Assembly: GCA_963931495.1 (NCBI GenBank)
Contig: OZ007020.1
Location: 690,001-722,000 of the forward strand
Length of the DNA: 32,000 nucleotides
DNA from: an uncultured Alphaproteobacteria bacterium
Lineage (GTDB): Bacteria; Pseudomonadota; Alphaproteobacteria; Rs-D84
Direction: 5' to 3'
In this document: positions 16,841 to 25,070 of the stretch, in pieces
How the letters are laid out: each line of letters starts with the position of its first letter
Position numbering within the stretch: position 1 is the first letter of the stretch
Program-made: the position numbers and the translations under genes
Notes under the pieces: generated by a model
The model's input: the letters and a program-made list of their open reading frames with translations, nothing else
Told to the model about the DNA's origin: nothing
Databases searched by the model: none

Positions 16841-16851
16841 TCAGATATTAC

Positions 16852-16942
16852 TGGCGGAGACGAAGGGATTCGAACCCTTGATACCCTTGCGGGTATACTA
16901 CATTTCCAATGTAGCGCACTAGACCAACTATGCGACGTCTCC
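16852..16942 (-). tRNA. tRNA-Ser (anticodon GGA)
   Basis: The reverse complement folds as a cloverleaf. The acceptor stem is GGAGACG/CGTCTCC, followed by G and an encoded CCA. The anticodon stem is CTACA/TGTAG with loop TTGGAAA. There is a long variable arm (TATACCCGCAAGGGTATC) and a T-arm GGGTTCGAATCCC. Confidence 0.9.
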
Positions 16943-16962
16943 GTAATTCAAAGCAAAATCAA

Positions 16963-17340
16963 TTATTCTGCGGATAAATCGGCAATTTCTTCGGATTCTG
17001 ATGGTTCAACGGCATCACCAATCAATGTATTTTCCAATTCGGCGTCAATTTCACGTAACTTTGGATCTTCACTTGTGGCGATTTCCAATGATTCTTCATC
17101 ATCTGTGATTGTTGGGGTTTCTTTATATGATTGAACAAATTCATGGCGCAGATTGTCCATATCAACCTTGCCCGTGGCAATTTCGCGCAGTGCGACAACT
17201 GTCAATTTATCATTTTTCTTGTCAACCACCGGTTCAGCCCCGCCGTTCAAATCACGAACACGCTGCGTTGCCAACATCCCCAGTTCATAACGGCTTTCTA
17301 CATACGGTAAAGTGTCTGAATTTGTTGTACGTGCCATCAT
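16963..17340 (-). CDS. rpoZ: DNA-directed RNA polymerase subunit omega
   Basis: '[36 protein letters not shown]...[16 protein letters not shown]' matches omega, followed by an acidic C-terminal tail. The start is taken at the ATG-ATG at 17340/17337 rather than 17403. Confidence 0.85.
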   Translation of the reverse strand: MMARTTNSDTLPYVESRYELGMLATQRVRDLNGGAEPVVDKKNDKLTVVALREIATGKVDMDNLRHEFVQSYKETPTITDDEESLEIATSEDPKLREIDAELENTLIGDAVEPSESEEIADLSAE

Positions 17341-17388
17341 AAAATCCTTTGTTGAAAACGTTTTTAACCACGTTATAATGCCCCAAGG

Positions 17389-18633
17389 ATGGTAAAAATG
17401 CAAGCAGAAAATAAAAAAAATAATATATACGCGATGTCATTCGGATGCCGTTTGAACGCACTGGAATCAGAAAAAATTCAAAAAATGTTACAAAGTATCG
17501 TTGATACCGCAATCGTTATTAATACATGTGCTGTCACCGGCGAAGCAGAACGTCAATCTGGGCAAGCGGTTCGCAGAATATCACGCGAAAATCATAATAT
17601 ACCAATTTTTGTAACTGGATGTGCCGCAACGCGCAACCCAGAATTATTTGACAGAATACCAAATGCGTTGGTAATTCATAATCGCGACAAAATGAACCCA
17701 AATGCATACACAGATGCAATCGCAAATGCCCCGTGCAATTTTGATACGCCCAAAATTGTAAAATTTAATCATCCGGTGCCACGAATGTCTAAACAATATA
17801 TCCAAGTACAAAATGGATGCAACCACAGTTGTACGTACTGTGTAACGCGATTGTTACGCGGAAAATCAACATCTGTGCCATATGATAAAATTCTGGGTGA
17901 TGCACGTTGCGCCGTCCAGAATGGTTTTGGCGAAATTATTTTAACAGGCGTTGATACCGCCAGTTATGCAAATGACGGCATGTTGATTTCTGATGTGTGT
18001 TCAGGGCTGTTGCGTGATGTACCAGAAATTAAACGTTTACGAATATCGTCTTTTGACCCGGCATCACCCCAAGTGTTCAAGATTATTGATTTGATACATT
18101 CTGAACCACGAATGATGCCGCATATGCACCTGTCTATGCAATCAGGATCTGACGCAATTCTGCGTGCGATGGGGCGCCGTCATACATCAGAAACGGTTCG
18201 TAAAATCACAGAATACGCCGGTCCCAATGTCACATTCAGTTGGGATATTATCTGTGGTTTTCCTGGTGAAACAGACGCCCTGTTCTGTGAAACATTGAAT
18301 CTGGTTCGCCAAACACGCCCAATAAAAATTCATGCATTTCCGTTTTCGCCGCGCCCGGGTACAGTCGCCGCCGATATGCCCAATCAAATAAATCGCAATA
18401 TTGCCAAGGCCCGCGTTCATGAAATTACCGCACTGGCCGATACAATACGTACAGAATTTATGAACACGCATATTGGGCAATGTGTTCCAGTATTGGTTGA
18501 AGAAAACAATATCGCCCGCACCCCACATGACATACCTGTAAAAATAAACGGATTGCGCATCGCCCCAAAGACAATATGTGACACAGAATTAACAGGAATT
18601 CTGGATGATATGTTTGTTGCAAATATTAAATAA
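17389..18633 (+). CDS. mtaB: radical SAM methylthiotransferase, MtaB-like (tRNA ms2t6A)
   Basis: It has the MTTase N-domain '[14 protein letters not shown]', the radical-SAM cluster 'CNHSCTYC' and a C-terminal TRAM-like region. The true start may be an internal ATG (17398 or 17434). Confidence 0.75.
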   Translation: MVKMQAENKKNNIYAMSFGCRLNALESEKIQKMLQSIVDTAIVINTCAVTGEAERQSGQAVRRISRENHNIPIFVTGCAATRNPELFDRIPNALVIHNRDKMNPNAYTDAIANAPCNFDTPKIVKFNHPVPRMSKQYIQVQNGCNHSCTYCVTRLLRGKSTSVPYDKILGDARCAVQNGFGEIILTGVDTASYANDGMLISDVCSGLLRDVPEIKRLRISSFDPASPQVFKIIDLIHSEPRMMPHMHLSMQSGSDAILRAMGRRHTSETVRKITEYAGPNVTFSWDIICGFPGETDALFCETLNLVRQTRPIKIHAFPFSPRPGTVAADMPNQINRNIAKARVHEITALADTIRTEFMNTHIGQCVPVLVEENNIARTPHDIPVKINGLRIAPKTICDTELTGILDDMFVANIK

Positions 18634-18679
18634 AAAATTTATTGGCAAGACGTTTTATACTTGCTAATATCCAGATGCC

Positions 18680-19855
18680 ATGAAAAAGAAAATATTTACA
18701 TTATTGTTGTTGCTGATAACAACCAGTGCACACGCGGATTTTTCTACGGGTGCAAAGTCTGCATTTTTAATTGACTATGATTCCGGGGCGGAAATCGTCG
18801 CCAAAAACGCCGATACATTGATGCCACCGTCTTCAATGCTGAAACTGATGACGTTGGCGGTGTTGTTTGATGAACTGAAATCCGGTGCAATAACACTGGA
18901 CGACCGATTGACCGTCAGTGAAAACGCAGACTATGAAAACCCAATATGGTACCCGGCCAGCAAGATTTGTTTGGTTGCCGGTCAAACTGTCAGTGTGCGC
19001 GACGCAATAATGGGACTGATTGTGATGTCGGGCGGCGACGCCAGTGTCGTTGTTGCCGAAGCGTTGGCGGGGTCGGAATCTGCGTTCACAGAAAAAATGC
19101 AGCAAAAGGCACGCGAAATTGGTATGCCACAATCAATATTTGGAAATGCCAGTGGATTGCCTAATCCAAATAATTTAATGACCAGTCGTGAATTAGCCAC
19201 GCTGGCACAACATATAATATCTGATTATCCGGAAATATATCCGTTGTTCGCAACCAAGCGTTTTGAATTCAAGGATTACCAGAGTGATTGGTGTCGCGAA
19301 TGGGGAAAAACACATACAAACAACTATAATAAACTGTTGTTCATTATGCCGGGTGCCGACGGATTAAAAACAGGACATACCGAAGATGGCGGATATGGCA
19401 TGGTCGCCAGTGCAAAAATCGGTGGTCGGCGCTTAATCGGTGTCATCAATGGATATAATGCAAAAAACCATGATGCATTGGCGGCTGAAATGAAACGAAT
19501 GCTGAATTATGGTTATACAAATACCACCAATAAAACATTTTATAATGCGGGTGACGCAATCACAGAAATTCCTGTATGGTATGGGCGTGATTCGCATGTC
19601 GTCGCCACCGTTGAAAAGCCGTTCGTTATAACAACGCCAAAATCAGACGGATTAAATGGCGTGCGTGTGTTGGCGCGATATGACGATCCGTTGCCGGCAC
19701 CAATTAATCAGGGCGATAAAGTTGGTGAAATTATTGCCGAAAAAGACGGGCAAATTATTGCGCGCGCACCACTGGTTGCCAAGGACACAGTGAAAAAGAC
19801 TATTCTGTTTGGACGTGCTGTACGCAATGTAATGGTTATGTTGGGGTTGGAATAA
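18680..19855 (+). CDS. D-alanyl-D-alanine carboxypeptidase (PBP5/6 class)
   Basis: It has a signal peptide, the SxxK motif 'SMLK', the KTG motif 'LKTGHT' and a PBP5-type C-terminal domain. The SxN box reads 'SGG'. Confidence 0.85.
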   Translation: MKKKIFTLLLLLITTSAHADFSTGAKSAFLIDYDSGAEIVAKNADTLMPPSSMLKLMTLAVLFDELKSGAITLDDRLTVSENADYENPIWYPASKICLVAGQTVSVRDAIMGLIVMSGGDASVVVAEALAGSESAFTEKMQQKAREIGMPQSIFGNASGLPNPNNLMTSRELATLAQHIISDYPEIYPLFATKRFEFKDYQSDWCREWGKTHTNNYNKLLFIMPGADGLKTGHTEDGGYGMVASAKIGGRRLIGVINGYNAKNHDALAAEMKRMLNYGYTNTTNKTFYNAGDAITEIPVWYGRDSHVVATVEKPFVITTPKSDGLNGVRVLARYDDPLPAPINQGDKVGEIIAEKDGQIIARAPLVAKDTVKKTILFGRAVRNVMVMLGLE

Positions 19856-19856
19856 A

Positions 19857-20777
19857 ATGGCAACAAAAAAATCAACAAATTGCTGTAATTTTCCAAAACC
19901 AATAGATAACGATTTTTTGGTCGGTCACGACGATATATTAAATGAATTTATGCGTGCATGGAACGCACGCGAAGAATATCCAATACACCCCGTGTGGATG
20001 TTGGTTGGTCCGCGTGGCATTGGCAAAGCAACACTGGCGTACAAAATTGCACGGCACGTATATGGCAATGTTGGTGATTTTTTTATACTGAATCTGGAAA
20101 ACAATATTGATAAAAATAATAATCCAAAGCCAGACGGAAAATCTATATCTATATACACTGTACGCGCGTTGATTGAACGCATGCATATGTCATCTATGTC
20201 TGGCAATTGGCGGGTTATATTAATAGATTCTGTGGACGATTTGAATACTGATTCATCAAATGCGCTGTTAAAGTTATTAGAAGAACCGCCCGAAAAAACA
20301 CTGTTTTTGTTGATTGTGCATCAATTGGCAAATGTTTTACCGACCATACGTTCGCGCGCACGCGTTGAAAAAATGCGTCCACTGACCATGGCGCAATTGC
20401 GCACATTGTGCGACCGATTTATTCCAAATGCCGATGTCAGTGATGAAATGTTACGTCTGGCGAATGGCAGTTTTGGTCAAATTGCGAATCTGAAAAGCAT
20501 GGGCGGCGATGTAATTTACGACGAATTAATGGAATGCCTGAATAATCCCCGGGCATCCAGTGCAGATGTTATGGCGATTGCAAAAAAATTGGCCCCAATG
20601 CCAGAATTATATAATATCTTGTTGGACGCAATTGCGTCACTGGGCATGGCCGAACTGTATCCTACAACGGTGCGGGCAATTGCCGATATTACGCGGGTAA
20701 ATTTAGAACCTGAAACAGGATTGTTCAAAATAATCATGGATATAAAAAAATGTTTGCAGACACACACTGTCATTTAA
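19857..20777 (+). CDS. holB: DNA polymerase III subunit delta'
   Basis: 'GHDDILNEFMRAW...MLVGPRGIGKATLAYKIARHV', 'NALLKLLEEPPEKTLFLLI' and 'LPTIRSR' match HolB. Confidence 0.85.
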   Translation: MATKKSTNCCNFPKPIDNDFLVGHDDILNEFMRAWNAREEYPIHPVWMLVGPRGIGKATLAYKIARHVYGNVGDFFILNLENNIDKNNNPKPDGKSISIYTVRALIERMHMSSMSGNWRVILIDSVDDLNTDSSNALLKLLEEPPEKTLFLLIVHQLANVLPTIRSRARVEKMRPLTMAQLRTLCDRFIPNADVSDEMLRLANGSFGQIANLKSMGGDVIYDELMECLNNPRASSADVMAIAKKLAPMPELYNILLDAIASLGMAELYPTTVRAIADITRVNLEPETGLFKIIMDIKKCLQTHTVI

Positions 20778-21505
20778 CAGACAGTTATATTTCTGATAAT
20801 CTTGATAATATTATTATGCGCGCGACGACGGCGGGTGTCGGATTGATAATATGTCCGACCGCGGATCCAGATGATATACCATCTGCGATAAGCATTTCGG
20901 AAAAATATAATAACATCTATGCAACCATTGGAATTCACCCAGAATACGCCGGGATTGATGCATCACAATATTTAACAGATAAAATTTTATCCCATCCACG
21001 TGTGGTCGGGGTTGGTGAAATCGGTCTGGATTATCATGAACGTAATGATAATCGTGCGGCACAAATTAAACTGTTTGAACAGCAACTGGAACTGGCGCGC
21101 ACGCACGCATTGCCCGTGGCAATACATACACGCGATGCCGAAGATGATACCGCTGCAATTTTACACGGTGATATACGTGGTGTTATGCACTGTTTTACCA
21201 GTTCATGGGAACTGGCACGTACAATGTTGGACCGCGGTTTCTATTTTTCCGCCAGTGGCATTTTGACATTCAAAAACGCAACAGAAATTCGTGATACGTT
21301 TGCAAAAATCCCAATTGACCGCATTGTTATTGAAACAGACAGTCCATATTGTGCCCCGGTGCCACATCGTGGCAAAGTGTGCGAACCGGCATTTGTAATT
21401 GAAACGGCGCGCGTATTGGCCGATATTCACAAAATTACACCGGATGAATTAGAACCTGTATTAATGGACAATACGCGACGTCTGTATCCGAAAATATCAA
21501 TATAA
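20750..21505 (+). CDS. tatD: TatD family metal-dependent hydrolase/DNase
   Basis: 'MFADTHCHL', 'GEIGLDY', 'LPVAIHTRDA', 'GVMHCF' and 'ETDSPY' are TatD motifs. Confidence 0.9.
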   Translation: MFADTHCHLTDSYISDNLDNIIMRATTAGVGLIICPTADPDDIPSAISISEKYNNIYATIGIHPEYAGIDASQYLTDKILSHPRVVGVGEIGLDYHERNDNRAAQIKLFEQQLELARTHALPVAIHTRDAEDDTAAILHGDIRGVMHCFTSSWELARTMLDRGFYFSASGILTFKNATEIRDTFAKIPIDRIVIETDSPYCAPVPHRGKVCEPAFVIETARVLADIHKITPDELEPVLMDNTRRLYPKISI

Positions 21506-21544
21506 TTTGATTTTATCGTAATTTTCATCTAGAATACCCATATT

Positions 21545-22012
21545 ATGCAACGCAGTATTATAAAATTTGGTCAAGTATCTGAAAATCGTAAAGCGCGATA
21601 TAACTATTCTGTTGAAGATACTATTGAGGCCGGGATTTCACTGACTGGCGCAGAATTAAAATCTGTGCGTTATGGATTGGTCACAATCGTGGACGGTTTT
21701 GTCCAACGGCGCGGACGTGATTTGTACTTGGCAGGAATAGAAATTCAAAAATTACCCACGGCAGCACGTATCGTTAATTTTGACGAACGGCGACCACGGC
21801 AATTGCTGTTGCATCGCGCGCAAATAAACAGACTGATTGGCAAGTTGCAAGAACGTGGCGCAACAATTGTTCCGTTAAAGTTATACTTTAACAATCGCGG
21901 AAAATTAAAGGTCTTGTTGGGCGTTGGATACGGAAAAAACAAGGCGGACAAACGCGAAACAATTAAACGCCGCGAATGGGAAAAGAATAAATCACGCATA
22001 TTAAAGGGCTAG
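21545..22012 (+). CDS. smpB: SsrA-binding protein
   Basis: 'NRKARYNYSVEDTIEAGISLTGAELKSVR' and 'RPRQLLLHRAQINRLIGKLQERGATIVPLKLYF' match SmpB. Confidence 0.95.
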   Translation: MQRSIIKFGQVSENRKARYNYSVEDTIEAGISLTGAELKSVRYGLVTIVDGFVQRRGRDLYLAGIEIQKLPTAARIVNFDERRPRQLLLHRAQINRLIGKLQERGATIVPLKLYFNNRGKLKVLLGVGYGKNKADKRETIKRREWEKNKSRILKG

Positions 22013-22021
22013 TGCGCAGTG

Positions 22022-22360
22022 ATGCAAATTCAGCAAGAACATTTTATAAAAAGTCAAATTACAGAATCTGATTATAACCGTGCACGATTTATATTACGTA
22101 ATACGCATTTTGTGCCACACATACGAAAAAACTGGTTACGCAATTATGATATGGGTGAAATTATGAATTGCGCGCATCATATCGTTGTGAATTATGAAAA
22201 TCCAAATTTTACATTTAATAAAATGTCTGAATATATCAGCACGCAAAAAACAATCAAATTGTTAAACAAATCAATCCCAGAATGGAAACGTGCGGTCAAT
22301 GCGTTTTGGCGTGAATATATCAAGGCGGCACGTAATATGAGAAAAATGCACAACAAATAA
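22022..22360 (+). CDS. hypothetical protein
   Basis: The ~112-aa ORF has backbone-like composition and ends at a strong terminator. No motif was recognised. Confidence 0.4.
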   Translation: MQIQQEHFIKSQITESDYNRARFILRNTHFVPHIRKNWLRNYDMGEIMNCAHHIVVNYENPNFTFNKMSEYISTQKTIKLLNKSIPEWKRAVNAFWREYIKAARNMRKMHNK

Positions 22361-22393
22361 AAAAAACACCCGTAAATTGCGGGTGTTTTTTTT
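22358..22393. terminator. bidirectional rho-independent terminator
   Basis: AAAAAA-ACACCCG-TAAATTG-CGGGTGT-TTTTTTT lies between two convergent genes. Confidence 0.8.
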
Positions 22394-22406
22394 ATACGCA
22401 GTCAAA

Positions 22407-22928
22407 TTAATTTGCCGCGCGGCGCAAATCGCGAACCACAGTGCGATATTCTTCGCGTGTGATGCAACCATCACCATTTGCATCCATCGCCGGTAACGCA
22501 TTCTGTAAACGCGGACATTTTACAGACGACACATCCAGACATCCATTATCAAAATCTGCACGTGGGCAACGCGCATTTTGGCAATCCAGTAATTTTGCCG
22601 CACCGAATCCCAATGCAAAAACGATTAAAATCATTATCAGTTTTAACATGAAACGACCAAAACGTGATCCACCACTGCGCACACACTTGCAATCCGCGCC
22701 GCATTCACAGTTGTGACCACATTTACATTCATTTGTTTCCGGTGTTGGGATATTATTTTGTACCACATCTGGCGAAACAACTTTTTTAACATCTGCTTTT
22801 TTGGGTGCAGTTTTTTTAACTGTCGCCTTGGCAGGTGCTTTTTTTGCAGCCGGCTTTTTCGCATTGGCCGCCACAGTCTTGTTCGCTGTTGTTTTAGTAG
22901 TTGGCTTTTTTACAGATTTTGATGGCAT
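22407..22928 (-). CDS. single-pass membrane protein with K/A/P-rich tail, Cys-rich cluster and C-terminal EF-hand
   Basis: The N-terminus has 'KKPAAKKAPAKATVKKTAPKK' repeats, followed by 'CKCGHNCECGADCKC' and the TM segment 'FMLKLIMILIVFALGFGAA'. A canonical EF-hand loop 'DANGDGCITREE' lies near the C-terminus. Confidence 0.6.
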   Translation of the reverse strand: MPSKSVKKPTTKTTANKTVAANAKKPAAKKAPAKATVKKTAPKKADVKKVVSPDVVQNNIPTPETNECKCGHNCECGADCKCVRSGGSRFGRFMLKLIMILIVFALGFGAAKLLDCQNARCPRADFDNGCLDVSSVKCPRLQNALPAMDANGDGCITREEYRTVVRDLRRAAN

Positions 22929-23076
22929 TTTTATTCCTTTTTTCTTTCAAGCATGTTGATTGTATTCAATATTAAAAATCAAGTAAAGTAAAAATTCTTA
23001 AAATACCAAAAAATTATAATAAAAAATCCCACCAATCGGCAGGACTTTTTATCACAATTTTTATAAAACTGTGGGT

Positions 23077-23349
23077 TTAGTTCAATGCATCTTTCAATGC
23101 TTTGCCCGGTTTGAACTTTGGCTGTGTTGACGCAGGAATCTTTATCGCAGCACCAGTTTGTGGGTTACGACCAGTTGTTGCCTTGCGCTTTGCGGTGGCA
23201 AATGTGCCAAAGCCGACCAAACGAACTTCGCCCTTCTTTTTCAAAACTTTTGTAACTGTGTTGATGAAAGCATCCAAGCATGCCGCCGCAGTTGCCTTGG
23301 TAACTTCAACTTCATTTGCGATTGCTTCAATCAATTGCTGTTTGTTCAT
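23077..23349 (-). CDS. hup: HU family nucleoid-associated DNA-binding protein
   Basis: 'MNKQQLIEAIA...VRLVGFGTFATAKRKATTGRNPQTGAAIKIPASTQPKFKPGKALKDALN' matches HU. The start is taken at the ATG at 23349 with an upstream GGAGAA. Confidence 0.9.
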   Translation of the reverse strand: MNKQQLIEAIANEVEVTKATAAACLDAFINTVTKVLKKKGEVRLVGFGTFATAKRKATTGRNPQTGAAIKIPASTQPKFKPGKALKDALN

Positions 23350-23587
23350 GTGTTTTCTCCTTTCATATAAATTTATACAAGGTGTCCGGCAGTCCCAAGG
23401 CAATGCCAATGAAATCAAAACCCAATATTTGCAGCATGTTTAACAATTCCACACCCGCAACGCTTTGCATTTCATAGACATTGCCCGTCCTGCTTATACG
23501 AATCGTAGAGAATTCGGGCGTTTAAGTCAAGAGCATATTTAATATTTTGGTATTTTTTGATTTGTTGACAAATTACATAAATATCGG

Positions 23588-24064
23588 TCAGTTATGAATC
23601 GCATCCGCCCGAACAGCACGCGCATTTGGCGACGAATCTTCGCATAATACCCATTCACCCGCCAATCCATCAACATGAACTGTTCTGAAATAATTCGGGG
23701 TCACCGCAAACATCAATACAATAACACATACCCAGAACAAAAACTTTGTCATTTGCCATGGTTTTGCAAAACTGTCGCGCTTGAACGAATCTTGCAATAA
23801 ATTTTGGTACAGCGCCCACCCCCAACTGAACAACAGCAATATAATTACAAAAAACAATCCAATCAGCATATACTGTGAAAACGGTCGCAACGCCGCGGCA
23901 AATCCGTCCCAAAACGAACTGGTCACCGGACAGATATACAATGTGTTTGCCGCGACATCGGGCGCAACCTGGATTGCGTCATTTGGCGCCAACTGTAACC
24001 CAAACGACGAAACAATTATTATTGCCGTCAATGCCACAATCGCAAACAACATTGTTGGTTTCAT
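23588..24064 (-). CDS. hypothetical multi-pass membrane protein
   Basis: There are three to four hydrophobic segments, for example 'MLFAIVALTAIIIVSSF', 'MLIGLFFVIILLLFSWGWALY' and 'FLFWVCVIVLMFAV'. Confidence 0.5.
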   Translation of the reverse strand: MKPTMLFAIVALTAIIIVSSFGLQLAPNDAIQVAPDVAANTLYICPVTSSFWDGFAAALRPFSQYMLIGLFFVIILLLFSWGWALYQNLLQDSFKRDSFAKPWQMTKFLFWVCVIVLMFAVTPNYFRTVHVDGLAGEWVLCEDSSPNARAVRADAIHN

Positions 24065-24117
24065 TTATTCCCCCATTGAATTGATGTCAATTTATTATAT
24101 CATAAACAACTAAATAA

Positions 24118-24969
24118 TTGCAATTTTATAAACTTTTATTTACAATCACCCACATGATACGCAAGAAAGCAAACTTGGTAATTGGACTGACAACATTTAA
24201 CAATGAAATGTTGCGTATTTCTGTGCCAGCACTGGGTAAATTTGCCCAGAAATTTACGCTGGTCATTCATAATGACAATCCAGTTACAACCGTATCACGG
24301 CGTCAAATTCGCCGAATGGGATACTGTGGCGATTTGCATATTATAAACAGTACCCAGAACGTTGGACCGATGCGTTCGCGAATGGCAATTGTCCAAGAAA
24401 TACGTAATATCGGCATCAATCCGGACTGGTTTATTTTCTGTGATGATGATGACATATTGGTTAATATTGATATGCCCGACGTATCAAATGAAAATTTCGC
24501 TGTCATTCAAAATGCAATTGCAATTCGTCATCGCATGGGCGACATGTTGCGCGCAATGGACAGTCCGACTGACATTGACCCAGATGGTGAAAATATTATA
24601 TTTATGCGACCAAATATCGGATTTGCCGGAAACATAATACGTGGGACGGTGATGTTCGGGCTGAATCGTATTTTACAGAATATATCTGATGCGATTTTGC
24701 AAATTGACGACAGTCTGGAATACATGCCACCAACAGATGCAATTATGTGGGCATTTGTAAATATATATGCCAAGCATGTTAATCAAAATTCTGCCCCAAT
24801 ATACATGGACAAGATTGGGTACATAAAAAACGAACTGGATACCGCACGCATGAAATATGGTCGTTTGGCGCGGCCGGTTCGTAATCCCGACGAACATTAT
24901 CGCCGTGCAATTGCAAAATATACCGCAATTTTGAATTCTGCACTGGATGCTGCGGCCCTGCGGGGCTGA
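24118..24969 (+). CDS. hypothetical protein, possibly GT-A-fold glycosyltransferase-like
   Basis: 'LVIGLTTFNNEMLRISVPAL', 'LVIHNDNP' and 'WFIFCDDDD' (DxD-like) suggest a GT-A fold. The start may be the ATG at 24154. Confidence 0.35.
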   Translation: MQFYKLLFTITHMIRKKANLVIGLTTFNNEMLRISVPALGKFAQKFTLVIHNDNPVTTVSRRQIRRMGYCGDLHIINSTQNVGPMRSRMAIVQEIRNIGINPDWFIFCDDDDILVNIDMPDVSNENFAVIQNAIAIRHRMGDMLRAMDSPTDIDPDGENIIFMRPNIGFAGNIIRGTVMFGLNRILQNISDAILQIDDSLEYMPPTDAIMWAFVNIYAKHVNQNSAPIYMDKIGYIKNELDTARMKYGRLARPVRNPDEHYRRAIAKYTAILNSALDAAALRG

Positions 24970-25020
24970 TGCGATAGATACTTAAACTTTTTTCATGTAA
25001 TTAAAAATATCTGATTGAAA

Positions 25021-25038
25021 ATACGCAGTGTTGCGTAT
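25021..25038. promoter_or_regulatory. perfect palindrome ATACGCA-N4-TGCGTAT upstream of alaS
   Basis: The palindrome is read directly from the sequence and lies about 33 nt upstream of the alaS ATG. Whether it acts as an operator or a hairpin is unknown. Confidence 0.25.
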
Positions 25039-25070
25039 AAAATTGCAACAATAATTAAAGGATTACAGCC

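Larger units (their letters stand above)
4050..16850. mobile_element. mosaic accessory/genomic island abutting tRNA-Ser(GGA)
   Basis: The region is flanked by conserved housekeeping genes (glf on the left, tRNA-Ser/rpoZ on the right). It contains a recombinase, prophage fragments, a restriction-modification operon, pseudogenes and repeats. It looks more AT-rich than the flanks by eye; this was not computed. Confidence 0.65.

Noticed and set aside
16838-17134. 98-aa plus-strand ORF overlapping the tRNA-Ser and rpoZ region
   Set aside because: It spans a tRNA gene and the antisense strand of rpoZ, so it is not credible as coding sequence.
23021-23055. 'AAAAAATCCCACC...' downstream of hup, considered as a terminator because it shares AATCCCACC with the hairpin at 31977-32000
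   Set aside because: No complementary arm could be paired, so the shared 9-mer is probably coincidental.
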